DNA of 64,000 nt from a bacterium (GCA_035285805.1 JAYKJE010000037.1:9945-73944), one strand, 5' to 3'; shown: positions 18,456 to 28,956, counted from the stretch's first letter. Numbers and translations are program-made. The notes: generated by a model from the sequence alone, not told the origin.

Positions 18456-20045
18456 TCATGCCATGGTGGGCGTTCCCGTGCGGGAGGCCCAAAGGACCTG
18501 AAAGGGCTCGAGGCCGTGCGGCCAGTCGGCCCGGTGCCCGTCGAGCCAGACGTGCCAGTCCGGGAGCCCCGGCGGAGGAGGCGGTGCCGGACGGGCCGAG
18601 GCCGCCAGGTTGAAGCAGGCGATGGCATCGCTTCCGGGCGCTCGTCGCACCAGGTTCAGGACGGCGGTATCCCCGTCCCCGAGCACGTGCAGGTCGCCGG
18701 TGCGCAGCGCCGGGATGTCGCGGCGCAGGGCCAGGAAGCGGCGCAGATCGTGCCAGATGGAGCCGGACTCGGCGCGCGCGGAGGCCACGGTGGGACCGGG
18801 CAGGACCGGCACCCGGAGCTGGCCGGGAGCACAGGTCGAGAAGCCCCGGTTGGGGCCATCCCCCCAGGGCATCGCCGTCCTGAGCCCCATGCGGTCCGGC
18901 AGGGCGAGGTCGTCCCCCATCCCGATCTCGTCGCCGTAATACAGGACGGGACACCCCGGAAGGGCGAGCAGGAGGCCGAACAGCAACGCCTGCTTGCGGC
19001 GATCGCCCCCGACGAGACTCGCGAGGCGTCTGCGGATGCCCAGGTTCAGGCGCATGCGCGGCTCGGGCGCATAGGCCTGCCAGAGGGCCTCTCGCTCGCC
19101 GGGCGTGACCATCTCGAGCGTGAGTTCGTCGTGGTTGCGCAGGAAGGTGGCCCACCGGGCCCCTGCGGGGAGGGCGGGAGTCCGTTCGAGGATCTCGCGG
19201 ATGGGCGCGGCGCTCTGCCGGGCGAGCCCCAGAAAGAGGCGGGGCATCCACGGAAACTGGAAGGCCATGTGCAATTCGTCCTGCATGTAGGGGAGCAGGT
19301 GCTCGGGCGGCTGGTTGATCTCGCCCAGCAGCACGGCCTCGGGCCACCGTGCCGCGACGAACGCACGCAGGCGCCGCAGGAAGGCATGCGTGCCGGGCAG
19401 GTTCTCGCAGATCGTGCCCTCCTCCTCGAACAGGTAGGGCACGGCATCCAGGCGGAAGCCGTCGACCCCGCGTTCGAGCCAGAAGGCGGCCACCTCGAGC
19501 ATGGCCTCCTGCACGGCGGGGTTCTCGTAGTTGAGGTCCGGTTGCTCGCGGTAGAACCGGTGCCAGTAGAACCTCTGCGCCTGCGGCTCCCAGGTCCAGT
19601 TCGCCGGCTCGAAGTCCTGGAAGATGACACGCACCCCCGCGAAGCGCCCGGGGTCATCCGACCAGACGTACCAGTCGTGATGCGGATCGCCCGGGCCACG
19701 CCGGGCGGCCTGGAACCAGGGATGCCGATCCGAGGTGTGGTTGAGGACCAGGTCGAGCAGGACCCGGAGCCCTCGTGCGTGAGCCGCTTCCACGAACGCC
19801 TCGAAGTCGGCCATCGTCCCGAGTGCCGGGTCGATGGCCCGGAAGTCGCTGACATCGTAGCCATCGTCTCGCAACGGCGAGGGGAAGCATGGCAAGAGCC
19901 ACAGGGCCTGCACGCCGAGGTCGGCCAGGTAATCGAGCCGGGAGGTCAAACCCCGGAAGTCTCCCGTACCGTCGCCGTCACCATCCTGGAAAGTCCGGAC
20001 CGACAGTTCGTAGAAGACCGCATCGTGCCACCAGGGCGTATCCAT
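18456..20045 (-). CDS. treS: trehalose synthase / maltose alpha-D-glucosyltransferase (GH13)
   Basis: FYELSVRTFQDGDGDGTGDF..LWLLPCFPSPLRDDGYDVSDF..NHTSDRHPWF..QPDLNYENPAV closely match TreS signature blocks. Confidence 0.8.
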   Translation of the reverse strand: MDTPWWHDAVFYELSVRTFQDGDGDGTGDFRGLTSRLDYLADLGVQALWLLPCFPSPLRDDGYDVSDFRAIDPALGTMADFEAFVEAAHARGLRVLLDLVLNHTSDRHPWFQAARRGPGDPHHDWYVWSDDPGRFAGVRVIFQDFEPANWTWEPQAQRFYWHRFYREQPDLNYENPAVQEAMLEVAAFWLERGVDGFRLDAVPYLFEEEGTICENLPGTHAFLRRLRAFVAARWPEAVLLGEINQPPEHLLPYMQDELHMAFQFPWMPRLFLGLARQSAAPIREILERTPALPAGARWATFLRNHDELTLEMVTPGEREALWQAYAPEPRMRLNLGIRRRLASLVGGDRRKQALLFGLLLALPGCPVLYYGDEIGMGDDLALPDRMGLRTAMPWGDGPNRGFSTCAPGQLRVPVLPGPTVASARAESGSIWHDLRRFLALRRDIPALRTGDLHVLGDGDTAVLNLVRRAPGSDAIACFNLAASARPAPPPPPGLPDWHVWLDGHRADWPHGLEPFQVLWASRTGTPTMA

Positions 20046-20113
20046 GAAGCACCTCCGGCCCCGCAAGGTAGCAGGGCCGGAGACCGGAAGCGAGCCACGA
20101 GCGCGGGTTCGCC

Positions 20114-21277
20114 TCAGTGCGAAGGTTGCTGCTGCTGTTGTTGCTGTTGCTGCTCGGTTGCGGCGCGCTTGGCCTTCTCCTCGCGAGCCCGGTGAGCTTC
20201 CTCGGCCTCGGCAGCTCCGACTTCCGTCTCGAACCGGACCTGGTTGCGCCCCGAGCGCTTGGCGAGATAGAGCGCCTGGTCGGCCCGCTCGATGAGGGCC
20301 GGGACGCTGTCCTGTGAGCGCATCAGCCCGATCCCGAAGGACATCGTGACGTGCAGGGCAGGCACATCTCCCTCGAGCTCGAAGGTGAGTTGCTGGACGG
20401 CCTGACGGATTCGTTCGGCCACGACGTGCGCACCCTGCATGTCGGTCTGGGGCAACAGGACGATGAACTCTTCGCCCCCGTAACGGGCCACGAAGTCGCA
20501 GTCGCGTACGGCCATCTTGAGCACCTGAGCGACCCGGCGCAGGACGAGGTCGCCCGTCTGGTGGCCGTACGTGTCGTTGATCTTCTTGAAGAAGTCGATG
20601 TCCGTGAGCACGACGGACAGGGAGTTGTCGTACCGCCGGGAACGCGCCACCTCGAGCCCGATGATCTCGTCGAAGTGCCCCTTGTTGATGAGACCCGTGA
20701 GGCCATCGGTACCGGCGCGACGGACGGCCGCGGCATTCTTGACCTTGAGCTCGGAAATCACGCTATCGCGCTCGCCGAGCGCCATGCGCAGATCGCACTC
20801 CGAGAGGGCCAGCGTCACGACGGGCAGGCACATGCTGAGCAATTCCCGGCGCTGCTCTTCGACGAAGGCATTGCCTTCCCAGACCAGCAACAGGACGGCA
20901 TGGCACCGATGCCGCATCACGAGGGGCATCGCCACCACGCGGCGGGAGACGCCGAAGTCACGGCGGTGGGTCTCCTGGTCGGCCAAAGCGTCGCGCACCA
21001 GGTCGATGTACGCCGGCGGAAACTCGAAGTTCGACTTGCGGATGTCCCCCGGCAAGATCAGCTTGCCATCCTGCGCCCCTGCCACGAGGAGCAGTTCGAG
21101 GAACAGCGAGGCCACGAGTTCGTGGACGCCGACGGCATTCCGGATCCGGTCCGAGACCCGGTTCATCACCCACATGGGGTCAACAATCGTGATGTCTGGA
21201 TCCATGCGTTTGCTACCAAAAAAGGGGATCACACGTGGCCTTGCGCATACATTGTTCCACGGAAACGGGCAATTCAA
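20114..21277 (-). CDS. GGDEF diguanylate cyclase with N-terminal sensory (GAF-like) domain and C-terminal poly-Gln tail
   Basis: Active-site RYGGEEF and a candidate inhibitory-site RxxD motif. C-terminus ends EQQQQQQQQQQPSH, encoded by an imperfect CTG/TTG trinucleotide run at 20117-20150. Start ambiguous: TTG at 21277 or ATG near 21205. Confidence 0.85.
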   Translation of the reverse strand: MNCPFPWNNVCARPRVIPFFGSKRMDPDITIVDPMWVMNRVSDRIRNAVGVHELVASLFLELLLVAGAQDGKLILPGDIRKSNFEFPPAYIDLVRDALADQETHRRDFGVSRRVVAMPLVMRHRCHAVLLLVWEGNAFVEEQRRELLSMCLPVVTLALSECDLRMALGERDSVISELKVKNAAAVRRAGTDGLTGLINKGHFDEIIGLEVARSRRYDNSLSVVLTDIDFFKKINDTYGHQTGDLVLRRVAQVLKMAVRDCDFVARYGGEEFIVLLPQTDMQGAHVVAERIRQAVQQLTFELEGDVPALHVTMSFGIGLMRSQDSVPALIERADQALYLAKRSGRNQVRFETEVGAAEAEEAHRAREEKAKRAATEQQQQQQQQQPSH

Positions 21278-22170
21278 GCATCCCCGGCGCCCGAACGCGG
21301 ATGTGAATCTTCGTAAACACGCTGGAGATGGCCCGGTGTGACATGCGTGTAGATCTGGGTCGTCGAGAGACTCGCGTGCCCCAGCAGCTCCTGGACCACC
21401 CGGAGATCGGCCCCGGCCTCCAGGAGGCGCGTGGCGAACCCGTGACGCAGGACGTGGGGGGAGGCAGGCCCCGGATGGCCCAGCCCGTCGGCCAGTTTCT
21501 TCATCCGGTCCTGGATGGCGCGGGGTGCGAGGGGCCGGCCCCGGTTCCCCAGGAAGAGAGCATTTTCACCGGAACACGAGAGTCCGGGACGCACCTCCTC
21601 GAGATAGCGGCCAAGCCACCCGACGGCCCGGGGGTCCACCAGCACGATGCGCTCCTTGCCCCCCTTGCCGAACACGCGCAGTTCACCCTGGCCGAGATCG
21701 ACGTCCTCGAGCCGGAGGTTGCAGAGTTCGGAAATCCGGATGCCTGAACTCGCCAGCACCTCGAGCACGGCCCGGTCGCGCAGGCCGAGGGAGGTGCGGA
21801 CGTCGAGACGCTCGAGCAGGGCCTCGAGGACATGGTCGGGGAGCAGGCGGGGGAGGGTTCGGCGGCGCCTCGGTGTGGCCAGGACCGACAGCGGGTGGTC
21901 CGGAAGGGCCCCCGAGCGCACCAGATAGCGCGCGAAGGCACGCAATGCGGCGATCTTCCGGGCCAGCGTGGTGCGCTTGCATCCCCGCGCCGACAGAGCG
22001 GCCAGCACCTGACGGACCCGCTGGACGTCGAGGTCCGCGAGCCGGGTGGCATCCGTCTCGAGGCGGAACTGCTCGAGGTCCCGCGCATAAGCCCTGCAGG
22101 TATGACCGGACAGGTTACGAGTCCTGGCCAGATCTTCGATGAAACGCGCTTGCCAGGTGGCGAATTCCAA
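21274..22170 (-). CDS. xerC: tyrosine recombinase XerC/XerD family
   Basis: Catalytic R..HxxR..Y region (HVLRHGFATRLLEAGADLRVVQELLGHASLSTTQIYTHV). Start set at TTG after gggagg RBS; the ORF-track N-terminal extension is artefactual. Confidence 0.85.
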   Translation of the reverse strand: MEFATWQARFIEDLARTRNLSGHTCRAYARDLEQFRLETDATRLADLDVQRVRQVLAALSARGCKRTTLARKIAALRAFARYLVRSGALPDHPLSVLATPRRRRTLPRLLPDHVLEALLERLDVRTSLGLRDRAVLEVLASSGIRISELCNLRLEDVDLGQGELRVFGKGGKERIVLVDPRAVGWLGRYLEEVRPGLSCSGENALFLGNRGRPLAPRAIQDRMKKLADGLGHPGPASPHVLRHGFATRLLEAGADLRVVQELLGHASLSTTQIYTHVTPGHLQRVYEDSHPRSGAGDA

Positions 22171-22336
22171 GACGGACCTCCCCGGGCACGTGTCGCCCCC
22201 CCGGTTCCCGGGATACCCCCGTCCCGACACCGGGGTCAAGCCCCCTGCGCGCTCGATGCAAAAACGGGCGCGCGTTATGATGAAAGCGTGCCCGGATGGC
22301 TCACCTTTTCCTTCCCCCGGTGAAAGGATTCCCTCC

Positions 22337-22939
22337 ATGCCCGATCCCCACTTCGATCGCCGCAAGCACCTGCGGGCGCCCTTGCATCTCGAGTGCCATG
22401 TGGTGGTCCCCGAGACGGGCTTCCAGTGCCGCGCGGAGATCCGGGACGCCTCCACGGGGGGGATGCTGGTCCACGCGACCCGGATGGCCCGTCGAAACCT
22501 GTCCCGACCGTTCTGGATCCTGTTCACGCTGGGCGAGGAACTCTTCCAGGTGCCCGTCCAGCCCGTGAACGTCCGGAATGACAGCGAGGTGGGCGTATGC
22601 TTCCGGACCGTGACTCCGGTCCTTTCAGCCATCCTCGCACGGACGATCTTCACGAGCCTGCGCGAGGCCCGGAAGACCTACCACAAGGGGGATCACAACT
22701 CGGCCGAGGAGGAACCGGCGCGCCGGCTGCTGAAGTCGGTCGACGTGCAACTCAAGAGCGACCTGGTCGCGGAAGTGGAAGCCCGAGCGGGCGATCCGGG
22801 ACGCGAGCGCGCCCGGAAGGTGAGCCAGGCCGTGCGTGGCCAGCACAGAACCATGCACGACGCCCTCGTGGACGCTCGCAACCGCCACAAGGACCGCGCC
22901 GAGCGCTGGAAGGACAAGCAGACCGTCAGCTACGAGTAG
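22337..22939 (+). CDS. PilZ domain protein (c-di-GMP receptor-like)
   Basis: RxxxR motif (RRKHLR) and DxSxGG motif (DASTGGM). aagga RBS before the ATG at 22337. Confidence 0.7.
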   Translation: MPDPHFDRRKHLRAPLHLECHVVVPETGFQCRAEIRDASTGGMLVHATRMARRNLSRPFWILFTLGEELFQVPVQPVNVRNDSEVGVCFRTVTPVLSAILARTIFTSLREARKTYHKGDHNSAEEEPARRLLKSVDVQLKSDLVAEVEARAGDPGRERARKVSQAVRGQHRTMHDALVDARNRHKDRAERWKDKQTVSYE

Positions 22940-23600
22940 CGTCGACCGATTCGAGGGTAGCGAGAGACAGCTGGGCCGCGCCCGATGGATCCACCGGCAC
23001 GACATGGCACGCTCGGCAGCGGGGCTCGTAGGCCTCGGCTGCTCCGACGAGGATGATCGGGTCGTCCCAGCGAGCCGGCTGCCCGTCGATCAGGCGCTGG
23101 GAACGGGTAGCGGGGGCGCCGCATTGCACGCAGATGGCCGTGAACTTCTCGACCTGCTCGGCGATCGCCAGCAAGCGGGGCATGAAGCCGAAGGGCTGGC
23201 CCCGGAAGTCCAGGTCGAGCCCGGAACACACGACGCGCTTGCCCGCATCCGCCAGGGCCTGGACGACGTCGAGCACGCCCTCGTCGAAGAACTGGATCTC
23301 GTCGATCGCCACCACCTGGGTCTCGGGGCGGGTCAGCAGGGCGATCTCGTGGGATCCTTCGGTCCGGATGGCCCGGATGCGGCGCCCCGAGTGGCTGCTG
23401 ACATCCTCGGCAACGTAGCGGGAATCGAGGATGGGCTTGAACACCTGGACGGACTGCCTGGCGATCTCGGCCCGGCGGATGCGGCGGATGAGCTCCTCGG
23501 TCTTGCCACAGTACATGGAGCCGCAGATCACCTCGATCCAACCGGTCCGACAGGGAGAAGCGTGAAAGGCGTGCTGCATGAGGCCTCGCGAGGGGAGCAA
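22926..23600 (-). CDS. tdk: thymidine kinase
   Basis: P-loop [14 protein letters not shown] and a C-terminal zinc ribbon (CVQCG...CRAC). Confidence 0.9.
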   Translation of the reverse strand: MLPSRGLMQHAFHASPCRTGWIEVICGSMYCGKTEELIRRIRRAEIARQSVQVFKPILDSRYVAEDVSSHSGRRIRAIRTEGSHEIALLTRPETQVVAIDEIQFFDEGVLDVVQALADAGKRVVCSGLDLDFRGQPFGFMPRLLAIAEQVEKFTAICVQCGAPATRSQRLIDGQPARWDDPIILVGAAEAYEPRCRACHVVPVDPSGAAQLSLATLESVDATRS

Positions 23601-23683
23601 ACCCGGTCATCGTATCATCCGGAGCCGAAGTGGATCATCCACGCGTTTGAAAGTCATGTTCCCGGTCGACCAGGGTACAAGCG

Positions 23684-24241
23684 GTGCACGCACTCCGGGA
23701 GGTCCCCGTGTCCACACCGAAGCCCCTCACCCAGACCGCCCCGCCCGCCGCAGGGCCCGCCATCCCGTCGTCGCTCGTCCAGACTGCGGGGGGCCTCATC
23801 GCCCTCATGGTCTTCTTCTGGTTGCTCGGCATGGTCCGCAAGAGCGGCAAACGCACCGTGAGGGGGAAGGTCGATCCGACGCTTCTGGCGAAGGCCCTGA
23901 AGCGATACGTGACCCGCATGGACGTCCGGTTGCGGCAGGCCTCCGAGATCTACTCGAGCCTCCTGGCCAGCCGGAACCTCGTGGCCGGCTATTACGAGAG
24001 TCGCGGGTCCGTGATCGGCGTCCGGCTGCAGGTCAAGAAGGCTTACTGCAACCGGTGTCGCAAGCTCGACGGCCTGGAGATCAGCCTCCTCGACGCGGAA
24101 GTCGTCGCGAGCCACACCCCGCCCCTCCACGGGGAACTCGGCCGTGGTAAACCGGTCTGCGAGGCCTTGCTCATCGCGATCCCGGCGGACACCACTCCGA
24201 ACAAGGGACAGGGACGTCCCCGGTCCGGCAGGAAAGGCTGA
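23684..24241 (+). CDS. hypothetical membrane-anchored protein with Cys-pair motifs
   Basis: One TM segment (LIALMVFFWLLGMV) and a CNRC...C region. No family recognised. Confidence 0.35.
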   Translation: MHALREVPVSTPKPLTQTAPPAAGPAIPSSLVQTAGGLIALMVFFWLLGMVRKSGKRTVRGKVDPTLLAKALKRYVTRMDVRLRQASEIYSSLLASRNLVAGYYESRGSVIGVRLQVKKAYCNRCRKLDGLEISLLDAEVVASHTPPLHGELGRGKPVCEALLIAIPADTTPNKGQGRPRSGRKG

Positions 24242-24244
24242 CGC

Positions 24245-25576
24245 TCAGGCCAGCGTGGCCAGAGCGCCGGCCAGGGCGGCCCGCAGATCGCCCAGGCCTC
24301 GCTCGCCCATGAGGCGATGGCGCTCGACCTTGTCCCGGATGCGGGGTCCCGCGGGAGGTTCGAGGAGACCCCAGTTCGAGTTCATCGGCTGGAACCGCGC
24401 CGGATCGGCATGCGTGACGTAATGCATCAGGGCACCGAGCATGGAGGTCCGGGGCAAGACGATCGGGTCCTGGCCGCGCAGGACTCTGGCCAGGTTGAGC
24501 CCCGCGAGCGCCCCTGATGCCGCCGACTCCGAGTACCCCTCGACCCCCACGAGACACCCGGCAACGAACCATTGCGGGCGATCGCGCCATTGCAGGGTGG
24601 GTGCGAGGAAGGCGGGACTGGCCAGATACGTGTTGCGGTGCATCACGCCCATCCGGACGAACTCGGCTCGCTCCATGCCGGGAATCATCCGGAAGACGCG
24701 CGTCTGCTCACCCCACTTGAGCTGGGTCTGGAAACCGACCATGTTGTAGAGGTCACCCACGACGTTGTCCTGACGGAGCTGGACGACGGCGTAGGGGCGT
24801 CGTCCCGTCCGAGGATCCGTCAGACCCACGGGCTTCATCGGACCGAAGCGGAGGGTGTCCACCCCCCGGCGACCCAGCACCTCCACGGGCAAACAGCTCT
24901 CGAAGAAGTTGCGCTCGGTCTCTCCGAGGTGCAGGACGGCGCCCTCGGCTCCGACCAGCGCCTCATGAAAGGCCAGGTACTGGTCGCGGTCCATGGGGCA
25001 GTTCAGGTAAACGCCATCGCCCTTGTCATAGCGAGCCTGGGGGAACACCACGGCCATGTCCAGGCTGTCCTTCACCAGGATCGGTGCCGCAGCATCATAG
25101 AAGTGCAGGTGCGCATGCCCCACATGGCGGGACAGCTCGGCCGAGAGGGCCTCCGAGGTCAGGGGGCCTGTGGCGATGAGGGTGGGAGCCTCGGGATCGA
25201 GCGAGACCTGCTCCTCGCGCACGAGTTCCACGTGCGGATGGGCCAGGAGATCCGCCATGATGGCCTCGGAAAACACGTCGCGATCGACGGCGAGCGCCCC
25301 TCCGGCGGGGACGGCAGCCTGTTCCGCCGCGCGCATCACGAGGGAGTCCATCAGGCGCATCTCGGCCTTGAGGAGGGCCGCAGCCGTCCCTTCCGTGCGC
25401 GACCCGAGGGAATTCGAGCAGACGAGCTCGGCGAGCTTGTCCGTGTGGTGCGCCAGCGTGGGGCGGACGGGCCGCATCTCCACCAGGCGAACCGGGACTC
25501 CGGCCCGGGCGAGTTGCCAGGCAGCCTCGGAGCCTGCCAGCCCTCCCCCGATGACGGTGACAGGGCGGGTCAAGAC
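24245..25576 (-). CDS. trmFO: methylenetetrahydrofolate--tRNA-(uracil54-C5)-methyltransferase (FADH2-oxidising) TrmFO
   Basis: FAD-binding VTVIGGGLAGSEAAWQLA and Gid/TrmFO family blocks. Start set at GTG 3 nt after the topA stop. Confidence 0.9.
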   Translation of the reverse strand, partial: VLTRPVTVIGGGLAGSEAAWQLARAGVPVRLVEMRPVRPTLAHHTDKLAELVCSNSLGSRTEGTAAALLKAEMRLMDSLVMRAAEQAAVPAGGALAVDRDVFSEAIMADLLAHPHVELVREEQVSLDPEAPTLIATGPLTSEALSAELSRHVGHAHLHFYDAAAPILVKDSLDMAVVFPQARYDKGDGVYLNCPMDRDQYLAFHEALVGAEGAVLHLGETERNFFESCLPVEVLGRRGVDTLRFGPMKPVGLTDPRTGRRPYAVVQLRQDNVVGDLYNMVGFQTQLKWGEQTRVFRMIPGMERAEFVRMGVMHRNTYLASPAFLAPTLQWRDRPQWFVAGCLVGVEGYSESAASGALAGLNLARVLRGQDPIVLPRTSMLGALMHYVTHADPARFQPMNSNWGLLEPPAGPRIRDKVERHRLMGERGLGDLRAALAGALATLA

Positions 25577-27726
25577 GCCACCTCGCGCGAGGCGGCCTCG
25601 TCGCCCTCTTCGGAGCCGGCCGCAGCACCGCCTGCCGCCTTCCGGGGCGGATTCATGATGTGCTTGCACTCGGCATTCGTGCAGAGCAGGAAGGAGCGAC
25701 CGACCTTGGTCTTCTTGAGCACCGTGAAGGTGCCACACTTCACGCACGCATGGTCCGTCGGGAGATCCCAGGAGGTGAAGTCACACTCCGGGTACCGGAT
25801 GCACCCGTAGAAGGTTTTCCCGGTCCGGGTCCGCTTCACGATGACCTCGCCCTCGCAGCCGGGACGCTTGCAGGCCACACCGGCCCTTTTCAAGAGGGGC
25901 TTGGTGGTCTTGCATTCGGGGTAGCCCGAGCAGGCCAGGAAGTCACCGAACCGACCGCTCTTGATGAGCATCTCCTGGCCACAGTTCTCGCAGCGCTCAC
26001 CCGAGGGAATGGCGACGGGTTTCATCTCCTTGGCCGCCTGCTTGAGCGTGGCCTGAAACGGCGTGTAGAAGTTCCGGAGCAGCTGCTGCCATTCGTTCTC
26101 GCCCGTCTCGATGGTATCGAGCTTGTCTTCCATGTCGGCCGTGAACCGGATGTCCACGATGTCGGGGAAATGACTCTTGAGCTGGTCGTTGACCTGGATA
26201 CCCAGCTCGGTCGGCGTGAGCGCCTTGGCATTCTTGACGACGTAACCGCGATCCTGGATGGTCGCGATCGTCGGTGCGTAGGTGCTGGGCCGTCCGATGC
26301 CTTGCTCTTCCATGGTCTTCACGAGCGAGGCCTCGGTGTACCGGGGCGGCGGCTGCGTGAAGTGCTGCTGAGGGACGACCTCCTTGAGCTTCAGCGCGTC
26401 GCCCGCATCGAGGTCCGGAACCTTCGGAGCCTTCTTGTCGGCGGACTCGTCCTCGGAGGTTTCCACGTGAACGGCCATGAACCCCGGGAAGACCACCTGC
26501 GTGTCAGAGGCCCGGAACAGGGCCTCGCCCGCCGCGATCTCGACGGTACGGATGGCGAGGGTAGCATTGGCCATCTGGCTGGCAGCGAAACGCTCCCAGA
26601 CGAGCCGGTACAGCTTGAACTGATCGGGCGTCAGGAAGCCCTTGACCTGGTCGGGCGTGCGCTGGATGGAGGTCGGCCGGATCGCCTCGTGGGCCTCCTG
26701 CGCCCCCTTCTTGACGGGGAAGGTGCGGCGGGTGGTCGGCACGTAGGTCTTGCCGTACGCCTTCTGGATGTACGCCCGGGCCTCTTCGTAGGCCTCGTCG
26801 GCGATCCGGACCGAGTCGGTTCGCATGTAGGTGATGAGACCGACGGGCCCCTCGCTTCCCAGATCGATCCCTTCATAGAGCTGCTGGGCGAGCGCCATCG
26901 TGCGCTTCACGGTGAAGCCATGTCGCTTGGAAGCTTCCTGCTGCATCGTGGACGTGATGAAGGGAGCGGCTGGCTGACGTTTCTGGTCCTTGGTCTGGAC
27001 CTTGGCGACGCTGAAGGCAGCTTCCTTGAGCGCCTCGACGATCTGCCCGGCCTGATCCCCGGAGGTGATCTCGGGCTTCTGACCCTGCCAGCGAACGAGT
27101 TCAGCCGAAAAGGCCGTGCGAGCTGGCGCTTTCAGGAGATCGGCGCGGATGCTCCAGTACTCGCGCGGCTTGAAGGCCTGGATCTCGGCCTCGCGATCGC
27201 AGATGAGCCGGACGGCGACCGACTGCACGCGTCCGGCCGAAAGGCCTCGCTTCACCTTCTGCCAGAGCAGGGGGGAAATCTTGTATCCGACGAGCCGATC
27301 GAGGACCCGTCGCGCCTGCTGGGCATTGACGCGCTGCTGGTCGATGTCCCGCGGATGCTGGACGGCCCGGAGGATGGCATCTTTCGTGATCTCGTTGAAT
27401 TCGATGCGCCGCATGGGCTTGGCCAGGTCAGCAAGCAGTTCCGCCAGGTGCCATGCGATGGCCTCACCCTCGCGATCCGGGTCCGGCGCCAGGTACACGA
27501 GGTCCACGCCCGAGGCAGCCTCATGGAGTTCCGAGACGACCTTGGACTTCTCTGACAGCACCTCGTACTGCGGAAGGAAGTTCTTCTTGACGTCGACTCC
27601 GAGGCCCTTCTTCGGCAAGTCCCGGACGTGGCCGGTGCTGGCCCGCACCTGGAAGTCCTTGCCCAGGATCTTCGCGATGGTCTTCGCCTTGGCCGGACTC
27701 TCCACAATCACGAGCGATTTGGTCAC
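25570..27726 (-). CDS. topA: DNA topoisomerase I with C-terminal zinc ribbons
   Basis: TOPRIM N-terminus (LVIVESPAKAKTIAKIL), catalytic Tyr region and multiple C4 zinc fingers (CENCGQ..C, CKRPGCEGE, CIRYPEC, CVKCG). Start at internal GTG with aaggtgg RBS. Confidence 0.95.
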   Translation of the reverse strand: MTKSLVIVESPAKAKTIAKILGKDFQVRASTGHVRDLPKKGLGVDVKKNFLPQYEVLSEKSKVVSELHEAASGVDLVYLAPDPDREGEAIAWHLAELLADLAKPMRRIEFNEITKDAILRAVQHPRDIDQQRVNAQQARRVLDRLVGYKISPLLWQKVKRGLSAGRVQSVAVRLICDREAEIQAFKPREYWSIRADLLKAPARTAFSAELVRWQGQKPEITSGDQAGQIVEALKEAAFSVAKVQTKDQKRQPAAPFITSTMQQEASKRHGFTVKRTMALAQQLYEGIDLGSEGPVGLITYMRTDSVRIADEAYEEARAYIQKAYGKTYVPTTRRTFPVKKGAQEAHEAIRPTSIQRTPDQVKGFLTPDQFKLYRLVWERFAASQMANATLAIRTVEIAAGEALFRASDTQVVFPGFMAVHVETSEDESADKKAPKVPDLDAGDALKLKEVVPQQHFTQPPPRYTEASLVKTMEEQGIGRPSTYAPTIATIQDRGYVVKNAKALTPTELGIQVNDQLKSHFPDIVDIRFTADMEDKLDTIETGENEWQQLLRNFYTPFQATLKQAAKEMKPVAIPSGERCENCGQEMLIKSGRFGDFLACSGYPECKTTKPLLKRAGVACKRPGCEGEVIVKRTRTGKTFYGCIRYPECDFTSWDLPTDHACVKCGTFTVLKKTKVGRSFLLCTNAECKHIMNPPRKAAGGAAAGSEEGDEAASREVAS

Positions 27727-27855
27727 GACACGTCCACCTTTCACCCCGTCCGGCCTCCTCGCCGGACCCGCGGGACAGGTGAGTCCCCTTTGCCGGGTCC
27801 CACCGTGAGCATCACTCTAGCACATCGAGAGAGTCCCCCCGGCGAGACGCGCGCC

Positions 27856-28932
27856 TCAGGCCAGCCTGTGCCAACCCTCCGCCCCCATGGCAACCCGACC
27901 TGCCAGCAGCAGATGCGTCAACGCCGCCTGGACCCTCGCGGCGGAAAGCCCCGTGAGGGCGGGAAGCACGTCGACCGGGCGAGCCCCTGGACCGAGGGCC
28001 GCCCAGATGGCCGCCTGGTCGCCCTCGAGGGCCTTTTCCAGGCCCTGCGGGGAGGCTTCCCATCCGAACTCCATGAGGACATCGTGCACATCGCGAACCA
28101 GCCGGGCTCCGTCACGGAGCAGGCGATGGACCCCGGCCGAAGCGGTGGAATCGACGGGCCCGGGCACTCCCAGCACCTCCCGATCCTGTTCCAGGGCGTG
28201 AGCTGCCGTCAGCAGAGCCCCTGACCGTTCAGGCGCCTCGACGACGACGGTCCCGCGACAGAGGCCCGCCACCAGTCGGTTCCGGGCGGGGAAACGCCAG
28301 GGCGCAGCCCCGGTGCCAGGCGGATACTCGCTGATGAGACAGCCACCCGACCGGACGATCCGTCGCGCGAGATCCCGATGGGAGACCGGATGGATCCGAT
28401 CGAGGGCCGAGCCGAGCACGGCCCAGGTCCGCCCCCGGGCCAGGGCAGCCGCGTGGACCTCGGCGTCGATCCCGAGGGCAAGGCCCGAGACGACCACCAC
28501 GCCTCGGGACGCGAGCTCGCCGGCCAGACGGGCCGCGACGCGGCACCCGTAGGGTGTGGGACGCCGGGTCCCGACGATCGCGATGGCCCGTTCCTGGTGT
28601 AACAGATCGCCAGCGGTCCAGAGCGCGAGCGGAGGGACCGGGATGTGACGCAGCAGGTCGGGAAAGCGGGCGTCCGTATCCAGAACCAGGTCGAGACCAC
28701 TGGCCAGGTGCCTTTGCCAGAGCCGAACGGGATCTCGGGCGTCGCGGGCCCGGACCAGGGCGTTGGCACGCTCCGGGGTAAACCCACCTTGCGAGACGAG
28801 CACGGGAGCCGAAGCATACCAGGCCTGCGCCAGGCCCCCGAGACGGGCGCGAAGACGGGCAAGCGTCCGCGGGCCCGCCCCCTCCACGTCGGCCCAGGCC
28901 ACCAGCGCCATCCTGTCATCGAGCTCAACCAT
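27856..28932 (-). CDS. dprA: DNA-processing protein DprA (Smf)
   Basis: Rossmann-like DprA core (AIVGTRRPTPYG...VVSGLALGIDAEVH) and C-terminal winged-helix-like region. Directly upstream of topA as in Bacillus. Confidence 0.9.
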   Translation of the reverse strand: MVELDDRMALVAWADVEGAGPRTLARLRARLGGLAQAWYASAPVLVSQGGFTPERANALVRARDARDPVRLWQRHLASGLDLVLDTDARFPDLLRHIPVPPLALWTAGDLLHQERAIAIVGTRRPTPYGCRVAARLAGELASRGVVVVSGLALGIDAEVHAAALARGRTWAVLGSALDRIHPVSHRDLARRIVRSGGCLISEYPPGTGAAPWRFPARNRLVAGLCRGTVVVEAPERSGALLTAAHALEQDREVLGVPGPVDSTASAGVHRLLRDGARLVRDVHDVLMEFGWEASPQGLEKALEGDQAAIWAALGPGARPVDVLPALTGLSAARVQAALTHLLLAGRVAMGAEGWHRLA

Positions 28933-28956
28933 GTCATAATGATATCATGTATAAAC

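Noticed and set aside
14897-18613. 1238-aa plus-strand ORF antisense to metH
   Set aside because: R/G/D/H/L-rich low-complexity translation typical of GC-rich antisense frames. metH on the minus strand has unambiguous domain homology.
18516-20195. 559-aa plus-strand ORF antisense to treS
   Set aside because: Low-complexity; treS blocks are unambiguous on the minus strand.
25660-27555. 631-aa plus-strand ORF antisense to topA; also 24572..25810 antisense to trmFO
   Set aside because: GC-frame artefacts opposite strongly conserved genes.
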